DNA of 64,000 nucleotides from Perna viridis (taxonomy: Eukaryota): NCBI GenBank assembly GCA_037379345.1, contig CM074513.1, positions 32,236,885 to 32,300,884 of the forward strand. The letters are read 5' to 3'. The notes under the pieces were generated by a model. The model saw nothing but the letters and a program-made list of their open reading frames with translations, made no database searches and had not been told where the DNA came from. Position numbers and translations under genes: made by a program. How positions within the stretch are numbered: the stretch's first letter is position 1; each line of letters starts with the position of its first letter. Shown in pieces: positions 49,275 through 64,000 of this stretch.

Positions 49275-50061
49275 AAAGAGGCTCCCAGGAGCCTGAATCG
49301 CCTACCTGGTTAAATTTTTGCCTTTCAATGGCAATGACTCTAACAAGGAGTTGTCCGATAATTTTGACTCCATGAGGACCATATCATCAATTGAAAGTTT
49401 CATAACTGTTACATGCAGTCGTCTGACAAGTTTGATCCCTTGGAGACATTTTAGGCCTTATAATAAGGATCAATTCAGCAATGGAAAGACATTGGCTAAA
49501 CTTAACTGTTTTGGAGATACATGCAAAAAATTGTTGTCTGACCATGTTCTATTTTTAGTCACGGCGGCCATGTTTTTAAATGATCAAAAACGAAACGGTA
49601 ATTTTGTTTAGAATACCCTAAAAAATACCAACGTTCATCGAATTAAGTACAGTTGTTTGTAAGGAGAATGTTTTTGAAAGTAATAAGATCAAAAACAGCA
49701 AAAAAGAAACGTCCAAAAAGGGCAATAGCATGGGGTAACAGGTTTTTACCAATATTTGCTTACAGATAGATCTGATCATGCTGAATACTTTTACCCTATG
49801 TCAGAATTTGGTTTAACCTAAGGGTTTTGGAGATACATGCAAAAATCTGCTGTCTGACCTCTATGCTCTATTTTTAGTAACGGCGGCCATATTTTTTAAC
49901 AGATCAAAAATCGTAACAGTCATTTTATGAAGGATACTCTAAGGAACAATCATCTTAAGTTTCATCCAAATCCATTCAGTAGTTTCAGAGAGGATGTTTG
50001 AAGAAATTGTTAACGAAGACGACGACGGACGCCAAGTGATGGCAATAGCTCACATGGCCTA
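49275..50061 (+). mobile_element. Helentron-like element
   Basis: AAGAGGCTCCCAGGAGCCTGAATC head, two internal units, GACGACGACGGACGCCAAGTGATGGCAATAGCTCACATGGCC tail. Confidence 0.72.
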
Positions 50062-50079
50062 ATGCAAGCCCTGGCATAA

Positions 50080-50460
50080 CGTACGAGTTGTGATATGAAC
50101 ATTCCATACGCAGGTGCTGAAGGGATGTTGCCACAGATGACAGGAAAGTTCACAATCTGAATGAAAAGTCATCACGTTTGCCATAAAGTTTGGTCAAGAT
50201 ATGAGGCTGACTTCACAGTGTCTGTAGTATCTTTTATCTCAAGTTCTTTGGGGTAGATGCGATGTATCAAATCCCCGAAATTAGGATTGTTAAAGATAAT
50301 ACATCATCTATACAGCGTAAACTGAGATTAAAGGATCTAGCCAAACGATATCCTTTCTTTCGGATCAGATCAGCTATAAAGTCAGCCTCATAAGAGTGTA
50401 AGAATAAGTCAGAAAGTAGAGGAGCACAGTTTGTTCCCATTGGAATGCCGACCGATGTAA
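50080..50460 (-). pseudogene. Penelope-like RT fragment
   Basis: GIPMGTNCAPLL.DLFLYSYEADFI on minus; reverse complement matches 23821-24020. Confidence 0.8.
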
Positions 50461-51940
50461 ACTATCGGAAAGGGAGCCGTCCAACAAGTTTGATCCCCCG
50501 CAAACTTTCGTAGGCTGTATCATAAGGATCATTTCAGCAACTGAAAGTTTCGTTCTATCTACTATAGTTGTCAAGATATTGGCTGAAAACTAAGTTGGTT
50601 AATAACTAAAATAATCGCACGAAGTACACCCAGAAGACGACAACGCAATAACATATGACCGCAATTTTTTGTGGTCGAGTAAAAATTCCCGCCTGAATTT
50701 TCACACTGTAACCAGTCAAAAAATATTTCAAGATAAGAAGCAAATGTGGCTCTTCAAAATGGATTATCAAATTTAGAGGACGCACTACTACTTTTTTGAC
50801 CGGCATTTTTGTTATCGGTTTGTAAAAGTTTAGCTGAAATTGTCAGAAATTAACAAAACGTTTATCCCAAACCTGGTCAGTTAATGCTATACAGATAGTC
50901 TTTGTTTCACGGACATTTCTCTCGCATGACGGGTGTGATTCGAACCTATTCATAACAAGCAATTACCACACGACGGTCATTACAGACCAAGTCACGGTGA
51001 GTGTTTTCTTTGTTATCTGTGATTCTTTGTGTCGAAGTTGCATTCCATTAACTTGATGTTCAGAAGTTTACAGGACAAATCTATCACTGTTAACAACTTT
51101 TAATTTACTTTGAAGTCTTAATTGCTAACCAGTTCAGATTTGAAACTTGTATATATTAAAATATTCTCAAACAAATTAGTATGATACAGGATAGGTAAAC
51201 TCAACCCCACTTCAAGAGAAATCTCTCCATGCAAAACAGCTGGAAGTAGTGTAAACGTAACCACTCTTCCATTCCAACACCTGGCCTTCCACATGGTATT
51301 AAATTTCGCATTAAATGCTGAATAGGACCACAAGTGTAACTCTACACAGTTCAGACATAATGAAAACCACTATGTTTGGATCGTGATTAAATGTTGACGG
51401 ATACAAGATTTTATAGTTTGCCGACTAATTCCAGTACCAGCCTCTTGCCCCTTAAAATCTATTAAACCTTCTCTTCGTTGTACTACACCTTTTACTTTAT
51501 ATGAAAAAAAAATATCCATACTTTCGTTTTCTTTGTGTCATAACATCAGGAAAATGTTGCTGGTCCCTTATTTTATAAGTCGTTCAATGAAGTAAACCCC
51601 TCAACTCAATCCAAGCAGAGGTAATGGAAGGTCAATGAAAAATTTCCAAGATTTGTACTCAAGTCTGGAGACCAAACGTAAAGAAACCATCAATGCCAAC
51701 CAAGCCTTTTCATTATGGAACTGCAACTTTTTGCAGGTCTCCAAAAGCAAATTACAGACACTGAACAAAAATATCAACAACATACAACAAATGTAATATT
51801 TTGTATCTTTAATAGTTTGCCAAAAGGTAAAGGTCAAATTTACTATCCATGAATTTTTTGAAAACGTTCTAATCTTTAAAAAAAAGTTATAATTGCTTTT
51901 TTAATAAGATTTTAAAAAGTTCCACTGAAAGATTGATCAT

Positions 51941-53818
<1,878 letters not shown>

Positions 53819-56199
53819 CTAATGCTATTCATATCTACATTTTGTATTTAACACACAATTTAGACATTATCACACACATGGTAACATTTACGACACATCA
53901 AGTTGACAACAATAAATGTAATAATGTACCTTACCAGGATATAAGAAACAGGATTTTGCCTGATGATAGGATAAATACACTAGGTATCTTAATTTGTCCA
54001 CGATATCGCAATATGTAATTGTGCAACCCTTATATATATTATGTCAAATAAAATTTAGGTATGACAAATAAGTAAACAACAATAAACTTGATACAATTCA
54101 CAATTTTGATGGTATATTGATGTTTGACAAGATTTTGAACAGATCGATAGTGGTCAAAGAATTTGAACTTATACATTAGTAGGCAGTTAGATATCAGAGA
54201 TAATGAAAAAAAGTGTGTTTCAGATTAACATGTTAAAGTTGTTTTCTAACTGATCAACAAAAGCTACTACAACTAGACATTTCCCCTGATGAGACTAATA
54301 CTCCTGCATACTTTAAATCCTGTACATTGGGGAGCCAATATGGACACATGATGCATATTGGACACAATCTTATGGTAGATAGACTAATAGACTAAACATG
54401 ACACACAATTTTGCTGCAATTTCTAAAACATCCAACTTGACACCATGATCAGTACTTTTTTGTAGTTGTCAATACAATGACCAAATATGACAGCAAATTT
54501 AATTTTAACATAAATTCCTTACAATATGCACATTCCAATATGGATTTGTGGACAATGCATGAGTTTTGCTGAAAAATGCAAGTTCAAACAGCCATCAAGT
54601 CTACAATTTTTGTATAAAAATTATAATTTTTTTTCAAATACCGGTGAAAAGATTTGAGTAAACTAACACAGCCTGTGAATGAAAACAGGACTGGCCAGTT
54701 GGTGTCACTTTTTTTATTTTCTTACAGCTGCATAAAAAAGCTAAAATCCAGGAAGATCCGAAGTATTGTTGGTCAGGTAAGAGGAAACACAGCAATATTT
54801 TTTGCCTAATTGAATGCTTGTTTTACCCATTTTGCTCTAATTCGATTAGGATCATAATTAATTACTAGAAAACTGAAAAAAAAATGTTTCTTTTTGGCCC
54901 ACCATTACTTATTGATAAAGAAGTCATTCTATGCTGGACTTTGGTGGCATGGAACTTAAGAGATACAATTTTGTAGTGATCCTTACACTTGTACTTATAA
55001 GTTATATAATATAGTTATATTATACATAATTGAGTAATAACAATACTTTCTTTTTGCATCTTTTACTCCAACCCAAAAACCGGTAGAAACCTTTCTCTAG
55101 TATAATGGACCTCACTGAACCATTTAACAAGATCCAATCACTTTTATCTCGCACATTTGGCTTTTTTTCAGTCTCTTATTCTAAATAGTTCCATGTCTTA
55201 AAGTACAAGGACACAATTAATTTCGTAGTGCATTTCAACAGACCCATCTTGACAAATAAAAAAAAATTCCACAGCTTCAAACTCATTCAAACTTCACCAA
55301 TATGGAAACATATATAAAAGCAGATTTTTGTAAGAGTGCCCGAAAAATTCACCATCATTTTTTTATTTTTAGCAACTTTGCTTCGCAGACCCTGTAGACA
55401 TGAAAAGTGACCACTGCCAAATGTCCTAAATTTTGACCTTCTTTCATAGGACCAAATCACAATTTTCTCATAAAATTATAGAATGAAAAAAATCCCTTGT
55501 AAATTTGATCCTTGCCCTACATTTCTGAAGTTAATACTAAGCAATAAAGTTTATGACAGCAAAGAAAAAATCAGGAAGAAACACAAAAAAAAAGGAACTA
55601 TATTCGTATACAATGAAAAGTCAAGGGGAATTAATTGTGATCTCGTACCTAATAATCCCCAAAATCAACCCTGTATAAATTTACTGTAGCAACTGTTCTG
55701 GGGTCGTTAAGGTCCTTAATTTTTCATCCCAATCATGGATTTAGACCTTAAATCCCAAAATAAAAATCTAGTTTTCTCGACCAATGTTCAAATGAAAACC
55801 CAAGCGTCTGTGTCCCAAATTTTAGTTATACTATACAATAATTTTATAGAGTATAGAGAAACACAATTCAAATCTATACTTTAAAAACAACGCCCAGTAC
55901 AACTGTTGAACTGACAAGATAACTTGAAACCTACGTACTATCATTCAAGAAACAATAAAACTCGAATAATAACAAATATCGAACAAACGTTCACTTAACG
56001 ATGACATAGCACAAAGCTTTCAAGTATAAAAGGTGATCAACAATATATCATACATTCAAAATGGCCACTGAACTTCCTGCAAATGTTTATAAATTTCCTT
56101 TCACTTTCAAATTATTCACAAGGACTTAAACAGGATGTACCTTCTAAGTTAAACTAGACTTTATAAAATGCACAGAAAACTATAATAAATATTACTTAC

Positions 56200-56350
56200 G
56201 AATCCTTTATCTGTAAGTTTTAAGTTTCTTACAGTATTTAACGGATGCTCGTCGTTTTGTTGCGTCTGAAGAATAAAATGGCGAACTTCATTATTTATAC
56301 TACAACGTCAGTCATGTGATATTCACCTTTATTTCGATTGGAATGTTCTA
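56200..56350 (-). promoter_or_regulatory. Polyubiquitin non-coding exon 1 (~56200-56270) and core promoter
   Basis: Donor GTAAGT at 56199, giving intron 53774-56199. Inr-like TCAG ~56269-56266; TATAAAT 56299-56293; TGACGT 56309-56304; CCAAT 56341-56337; two-unit heat-shock element GAAtgTTC 56341-56348. Confidence 0.7.
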
Positions 56351-56894
56351 AGTGACATCATAAAAAGATTTCTTCTGCTAAAATTAGACATTACAATTAT
56401 TTTTATATCACATGATCATTTTATCGAACAAGATTCACTTTCACAAAAAAAAAAAAAAATAAAAAAAAAAAAAATGTGAAGCTACGTAAAATCAAAGCAC
56501 TCATGTACTGAATCAATGTATATTTTACTCCTCAAGTAATCGTCAAATTTCAAAAATATGAGAATAAAGGAAAGAACAGGGATCGAATTCAAATGTATCT
56601 AAACACACACGCTTATCGTTGTAAATGGTTAATTGAACTCATTGATTTATTTTAAAATTCACCATGCTGATTACGAAGGACATAAAATACACACATACAG
56701 ATTCGGTGTTGAGTTACATGTATGGACACAAAAATCTCCGACATATTTGAACTACAAACTCCAGTTGGACTTTCTCAGTTTCTAAATTTAATTTATCGAC
56801 CTTCAGGTCGAAACTGTCTGTCAACAGGTTGTAGAATATATATGTGTCATGTAAAAGCGCTTAGTATCTGGGCACCTAGTTCCAGAGATTCCAG

Positions 56895-57008
56895 AGACAT
56901 AATTGTGAAAATTATATTATAAGACTTGGGCGTTTAATGTATTAAACACTGTAACGTTTAATACATTAAACGCCCAAGTCTTATAATATAATTTTCACAA
57001 TTATGTCT
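56895..57008. repeat. Perfect inverted repeat, 53-bp arms, 8-bp spacer
   Basis: 56895-56947 is the exact reverse complement of 56956-57008. Confidence 0.95.
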
Positions 57009-57389
57009 GATGCAAGAAACAATATTCATGCACTTTAAGGTCCTGGAGAACACACAGTTCTATAGCTCTATTACTATAACACATAGCCAAACAGCCAAAT
57101 AGAACGATTATTCATTAGACGACAGATTGACACCATTTCTGAGAAATGCACTATCGAAATTTCCTGCAATCGTCTAAGAGAAGTTTTATATTTGCTCGTC
57201 ATGTCCGGGCTTTCTGATGTCACCAGGCAGTAACCGTGATAAAAATACACGATCCAGTGGGTGATGCATCAGGGGGGTTTCGGGTGCTATGCTACCTCTG
57301 TTAAAAAAAATGCAAAAAAATATTATATTTGAGTGGCAAATAACTGCATGGAACCCCTTTCTTTAAATAAGTTTCTTGATGGAAACCAC

Positions 57390-58140
57390 TATTTATAATC
57401 TCGTAGTGGCTTCATTTATAGCTAAACATCAAATTGTTTATTAACGCAGTTGTAGCCAACTTGCATATTTATCGACAGTGAACGACTAGTTTATTCGGGT
57501 AAATGCATATCAATGAACAAGTACTGATAAGAGGTTAGAGGTCAACTATTCTTTAATACAAACCAAAATAATCAGAATATTTAGTTGTTAGTAAAGTTGG
57601 TAATATTAAATTTCTTTTTTGTATCAAGTCTAATCTGGAGAACCATGAATTTACTTTTGACAGACGTAGATGTTTATTACACATACAGGCATCGTATAAT
57701 AATCCACCATTCAAACCTTCTAGTCTATGAAAATAAATTAAAACCATGTATTTACTTTAGACGGAAGTAGATATTATTTACAAATACAGGCATCGTATAA
57801 TAATCCATCATTCAAACCTTCTAGTCTATGAAATTATTTTAACATTTGATAAGATAACTGTAAATCTACCAAAGTCTGACACCACAGCTATATTGCTTGA
57901 TTTTCTATTAAAACCAAGAATGTATTTCATGAATTTGTTATGTGACCTTTCATTAGTGTCTTGAGAAAGACCTTTTCTAAAATATATTCTTTTCTTACAT
58001 GCAGCAGAATCGGTATTAAACATTCCCAAAAATTTCAGAACCATACAAAAGAATAGGTTTTATTGTATGATAGTACAAATGTATAAAGTTTGAAATGCTA
58101 AGATTAGAGGAAGACAGACATCTGTAACGTAAATCATGCT
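57390..58140 (-). pseudogene. Decayed CR1/L2-type LINE ORF2 3' fragment with internal ~65-bp duplication
   Basis: HNKFMKYILGFNRKSSNIAVVSDFGRF peptide; direct repeat at 57666-57731 / 57767-57832. Confidence 0.6.
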
Positions 58141-58899
58141 TTTAGTGTTTTTAAGTCGCTAATATTGTTAGCGACGTCGTGCACTCCGGTCGTGATTTCA
58201 GCACTTTATATTCGCATATGATATGCGTAAATATATAAATATACACCACGTAATACTGCAGATTTGTGCCGTGTTTACCGCCATAGCGTCATAATTCTAG
58301 CTTTATACGAGATAAAAATGAACCTCTTAAATATCATACACGTGTTTCTCTTGCTTGTATCAGAACGGGAAGCTTACATGAAATGATCGGTTAGCATTGA
58401 ACATTACCCAGTTTCCGGTTCAAGCACAGGGCTCGTTACAAGACTATATAGGTCATATACATTATCAGGGCCCCGATATCTATGAATATTCATTGCAAGT
58501 TGTTTAATCTGGTTCAATCTGGTTCCCTGGTCAATATCATAAACGAACCAAAGATCCCTATCGTACTTCTTTTAAAAATATATTTTTTCGTTCGATGAGA
58601 ACGGAAAGTTTACATTAAAAAAATGAAATGATCGGTTAATTAGCATCGATTTTATGTAATATTACCCAGTTTCCGATTCAAACACGGGGGTTCGTAATAA
58701 TTGACTATATTATTTACTTTATTTCCTCTTATGCAATCTTATGATTATGAGTTTTTTTTCTTCACATTAATAAAGAAAGGGCAAAACGATTATCAATATA
58801 CACATGAATTACATAAACATGTACTTATTATCAGGAAGAAAATGAATGAGAGCGAATCGCTGAAAGTTACAACGCAAGTGGTCAGCAATGTCCTTTATA

Positions 58900-60350
58900 G
58901 AAAGTTTTGCACACACAGAAGGTATTCTGTTCGTAAATTTTATTGAAAAGTCAAGCTCATCACTTTCTAGTTCGAAATCAGTATTGCAGGATAAGATGAT
59001 AACAGTAAAGTTAATTGGTGCTAGACAGTCTAGGTATACCCTAAACTGAATTGGAATAATGTTAATAATGTCTTTTCAAAGATCATCACGTTGGTCTTTC
59101 AATGTACTGCATAAGACTAAGATGTACTCTACAATTTTTGAAAAGAACATCCCACATCGATCACATAGTAATATTTTATCGTCTTGTTTAGTAACAGAAC
59201 ATAAGTCAATAACATATTTAGCTGCTTCTCGTACTTCTGGGTAAAGTTTTGCTATAGTTTAATTTCACTGTATATACGTCTGAATTAATAGGTAAAAGTC
59301 TTCGTCGCTTGATAGCCTCGAATACCACTCAAAATGTTTATTCGTTTTTTCTGATCCCTGACAATAGCTGACCATGCTTTCTTTGATGGAAATTTACCAG
59401 AGTCTATAAATATAACGAGGTATTCTGTCATATCGTATTTATGAGCAAGTCTATACACATCAGGAATAAGACCAAGTTTACTTATAGTGCATTTATATTT
59501 TAATTCGACTGGCATGGTCTGCATAATTCTTCTAGGCAATGCATTCGATTTTAGTCTACATATTCTGCCAAAGAATAATAACTTGCATTAATCAATATAA
59601 TATTTGATGCTGAACCAACCTAACAGACTTGTACACTTGTCCGAATGTGTTCGTTTCGGGAGTCCTTGTAATGTTTTACATGCGAATTTATGTGAACGTT
59701 CAAACATCTCACTTTCAGATTGAGTAAAGTTACTTCAAAGTTCATACCCATAGAAGGATATTATGTAACACAACTGTTGTACTATCTTTGAAAAAGTCAG
59801 CGGGTTTATAATTTACGGGTGAATTCCAGGGTTGATAACAGACAACACAGAAGAGCGTAAAGACCGGCAGGCATTGAAAGTTTTGTTCGTTGATTTTAAA
59901 GATATCTCCAAAAGTATCCCAACATGTTTAGAAGAAATAACTAAGGGTATTGTGTAACCATACAATGTCAGTTTGTTTGAAGCATTACGGTAGTTTTACC
60001 ATTATGTAAAACTTGACTTTTCGGCGGAGAGAATTTAAACGTCTATGAAGTGCTTCATATATTGTTCACATAAATCTATGAGATTTTGCATTTCGTGTTC
60101 GTTTGATGATATCAGAGCTATATCATCTGCTTTCACAGAAGTGCTGACACAAATGTCAAGTAACATAGCACCGCTTTTTGACCTGTCAATATCATGAAGT
60201 AGATCCAGGTAAAATCGAGCTGACCAAACACCACCTTGTCGTACACCACGTTCAAGAGTAAAGCAACGAGACATATCGTTTTGAAACCTGCAGCACACAA
60301 CTGGTCATGACATTGTACATGTTATCAATCAAACTCCATATGTTCCCGTA
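58900..60350 (-). pseudogene. Decayed non-LTR retrotransposon ORF2 (RT plus C-terminal region)
   Basis: F.LERGVRQGGVWS..FY and ADDIALIS motifs; downstream KHVGIL-like peptide; many stops. Confidence 0.75.
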
Positions 60351-60994
60351 TAGGTCATTTATATTATCAGGACACCATTATCTATATATAGCCATTGCCA
60401 GTTGTTTAATCTGGTTCCGGGTAATTGAAAGCATTCGGGTCATCACAATCAGATCAAGGGAACCAAGATTTTAGCACGGAAGTTACCCGATTTTAGAGCA
60501 TATCGCATTTGTGCCACTTCGGAAGTTGAAAGCAAGCCAAAATCAGTGACAGAGAATATTTGACAATTAACGACTTTGAAAACTTCAGTCTGATTTTTTT
60601 TGTAAAGTCATCTTTACATGCTGAAATTTACCACTAGCTGTAAACATAATTCCAAGATATATATTGAACTTTGTAACTGAAAACAAAGTGCGCAGTGAGA
60701 GCTTTCGGGTGAAGCCTGTTATTTGGAATGAAGAGAAAGTCGACCTTGCTGTGTTGCAACGTATAGCAAACTAGTTCATCAGTCGTGGATTTTCACTTGG
60801 TTGGTCTTAAATAAAAAAAGAAAACACCAATTTGTGAAGGAGAATATCGTAGCCATGTAGGGGCATTATCCCCCCCCCAAAGATCTATTGTACCGAAATT
60901 AAATCTTTTAATTCTTAGTTGGTGGTATACATTTCGTCTCGAGTAGTACCCCTGTTAATAGTCGTTTGTTGAATTTGAGAGAACTATCACACAA

Positions 60995-62507
60995 CAGGGG
61001 AGAATTCAGGCGGGGAGTGGCGGGCGTGCGCACCCTAAAACGTGCAATGCATGGGTTTTCAGGAGTAGATTTAGGCAGTTTTAGGTTGAAACTTTAATTT
61101 ATCGCTAATTTTACCACAAAAGATATCTACATTGCACCCACTGTAGAAGATTATTTAAAAAATTTTACCTCCAAAAAAATTTCGCCTCGCTCCGCTGTGC
61201 GCCACCCAGTAAGCTAAAATTCTGGATCCGCCCCTGCAGGAGACTCAGAAGATGTAGAAGGCTCGTTAATGTGACAAACATTCATAGTTCCTACAACATC
61301 GGAGTACGAGTAGTTTGAAAGCTTACATTAACTATGTTCCTCAAAGGTTAGAAAAGTTCGAAAAAATCATAGAGTCGTAAAAATGATTTTGGGAACTCCT
61401 TTGGCAATTGGAACGTTTGGGGAATATTTAAGTTGGTGTCCAACACAATATCATCTCATACCGCGAAATCAGGGATCAAATCTAGTTTATTTTAAATAAT
61501 GTTCGCGTAACTTACGGAAAATCCCAGCCATTGAGTAGGTTACGGAATTCAGGTGGCAGACAAATATACAGATATGATAGGCTTTCTCGATGAAAGAAGA
61601 AAATTTGTAAGTAACATCAAAACACTTCAATGAAATGCGTGTATGAGCTAAAACCGCTACTGCAAGAAGTTACTTTAGATTACGCTTCTATATCTGCTCT
61701 TAACATTAATATCCGTGAATACTGTCTCAGCTTTTGTTAGTTTAGATGTAAGATAACTAGATCTATTTACATTCCTTTGATTGATTCGAGGAATAATTCT
61801 TCAAAGTTATTAGGACGACAATTATAGAAGTAGAAAAAAAATCTGTACTGGATCCATTAGGCACAGAATGGTTGTTAAAATAAGCAATTTACAAACAAAA
61901 GCTATTTTGTATGATTATCAATTAATAAATAATTATCACCTGGATCCAGAGATTTTGAAAAATAGGAAATTAACAAAATTAGGCAATTAAAAGTGAAGAT
62001 TCCGAATCTGGGTCCTCCTTGATCCACCACCGAGTTTACACTACAGATCAAACGGCTTTATATATGTACCATGCACGTACATGCTCTTGACTTAATCATG
62101 TTAATTCGGTTTTCTGCCAACAGTTTCAGGGGCGGATCAAGGAGTGAAAATGGGGCGCCTTGGACTCCCTGAGACCTGGACCCGCCCCTGCAGTTTCATC
62201 ATCGCACAAGTATAAATCACTTTTATGAGAATATTATAGAAAACATAAATAGAAAACTTTATTGCAAAATTAGCGTATAATTATTGTAAATTATTGTAAA
62301 TCCTCCCTAATCCGTTCTTATCAAGCGCGGATTCATAGGGGCGGATCCTGGCCTAGGGGAGTGCAAGGGTTTGGTACCCTTTTACTGGAAAATTTGTCAT
62401 TTTTATATGTAAAATCTACAAAAAATGGTAAATAATGCCCTAGACCTCCCATTTTTTAGGAACCCCGGTTGGAACCTTTCCTTTCCAAGTGTGTGGACCC
62501 GCCCTTG
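60995..62507. mobile_element. Three CAGGGGCGGATCCA-type MITEs (60995-61236, 62128-62189, 62336-62507)
   Basis: Each has AGGGG(C/A)G..TC.. / TGGA(T/C)CCGCCC(C/T)T termini; the 62-bp copy is flanked by (A/G)CAGTTTC. Confidence 0.7.
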
Positions 62508-63184
62508 CGACCCCCCATACTCCTCCATAAATTGGGAATTTGTAAAAATTGAAATTTTTATTTTTCATAAATTCTACCCTTCCAATTGTCTTGCCTCGAT
62601 TTGCATGACCTTCATATATATATTGGCATTATTTATTTACGCCCTGACGTGGAAAGGGTTGCAGAAATTGAAAAAAATATAGTCAGAGTTATATTGGACC
62701 GAGTTGTCCTGATCGGCCCCATTCGTTATGAACACATAAATTGATGACGTTTACGCAATCAACACCAAGCTTTTCATTTATAGACGAAATACTAAAGACA
62801 TGCCGCCGAAATACAAGTTTCAAGAAGGTTAACATGAACAAAATGCGTTTTTAAACATAAAGAGTGTAGTTTATATTTCTAAAACTAAATGTACATATTG
62901 TTTGAATTATTTTTTTCCCGAATCGACGATAGCATTTCACAATCACATGCTCCAAGTCACTAATAATCCCAAATTGGGCAAAAAGGATTAATGCTCTAAC
63001 TCGAAGTCCCTTGCACAAAAAATAAGATAAAAAAGAAAGAAAATGGATGAAAAAAATATATTGAAAATAATGCTCCATGGGACAATATTCTGATTCCCGG
63101 CGTTTGTCCTTATAAAAAGTGAGATCTGCTATGGTTATCTATATGCATGTTAAACTGGCTTATCTTTTCCTTACAAGTTACAAG

Positions 63185-63680
63185 ATCCAGGCACTTAGAA
63201 GTTAGAGATATTGGAGGTGATACAAGATGCTATTGGTTTAACATACATATAACCCCGATAGCTAATTTCAAATCATTTGCAGCTGTCATCTTTATATTCA
63301 TAAACAACCTTCTTTTAAACAATCTTTAGAACAGTTTCTTAAGTCCAGGGCATTTTAAAACTTTTTTTCTATATTTGAAGATATTTAGTTTAAAAAAAGG
63401 ATTTATCTATCTTGGCATCCAAGCACTTACAGAGATATTGGAGGTGACACTTTGTAGTTGCTACTGGTTAACATACATGTACAGTGTACATACATTGTAC
63501 AAAAGAAAACCCTGAAAGATAATTGAAAATGTGTGGCAGCTGTCATCTTTACCTTTATAACAAACAATCGTCTGTTAAACAGTCTTTAAAACAGAAAGTC
63601 TAGGGCATTTCAAATATTTATTTCTATATTGGAAGATATTTAGATTGAAAGTAAGGATTTTTTTTATCTCTTGGCATATG
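63185..63680. repeat. Diverged tandem duplication of a ~230-250-bp unit
   Basis: AGAGATATTGGAGGTGA, GCAGCTGTCATCTTTA and GAAGATATTTAG...TCTTGGCAT each occur twice in the same order. Confidence 0.75.
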
Positions 63681-64000
63681 GACTTAGTAGTTTTGAATGG
63701 CTTCTGGTCAGTTTTTAATTCCCTAAATTGACCAATCAAATGAAAGTGTTATATCACACTGAGAATGAGAATAAGATTCATCATTACCTTTTGACAAATA
63801 TGGGCTTAATTCAACTTAAGGCTCACCCTACTGGGCAATTTGGGTAAAATTGTCCCTTTGGTGTATCCCCCAGTTTGCCTTTAGATGACATAAAAATTCT
63901 CATATACTCTATTTAATGGGAGTTTTGTTTCTGGAGATAAAAACTTTTAAATTGCATTTTTGAAATACTGTTCTGTCTTGGAACTGCTGTACATGTAAAT

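Noticed and set aside
51118-51837. Two short minus-strand ORFs downstream of polyubiquitin
   Set aside because: No recognisable domain, non-ATG starts and no convincing exon chain.
54284-54330. CTGATGAG hammerhead core
   Set aside because: No helix II followed by GAAA and no closing helices.

Overview
AT-rich, repeat-dense animal genomic DNA, most consistent with a bivalve mollusc (secreted C1q-domain gene, Penelope-like and Helentron-like repeats); there is no prokaryotic content. Four host genes could be reconstructed: a two-exon secreted C1q-domain gene (+, 5262-7021), an intronless ZBED1-like domesticated hAT transposase (-, 11478-13415), a 23-exon NCBP1/CBP80 gene (-, 16832-41239, 793 aa after manual splicing, with a U12-type intron 13) and an 8-unit polyubiquitin gene (-, 51941-53770, with a non-coding first exon near 56200-56270). 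The rest is transposon debris: an internally deleted Ty3/Gypsy provirus with both LTRs, PBS, PPT and a 5-bp TSD (814-4843), several MITEs, Helentron-like elements carrying tandem repeats, and Penelope-like and CR1/L2-like fragments. The most unusual signal is a long-hairpin element present twice, with the core inverted in one copy relative to co-oriented flanks (flip/flop) and C(GNA)G/C(GNNA)G loop motifs. Also notable are a perfect 53-bp-arm palindrome upstream of polyubiquitin, a tRNA-like, direct-repeat-bounded unit with a hammerhead-like remnant, and a structured segment at a Penelope 3' end. No new multi-gene system can be firmly claimed from sequence alone.
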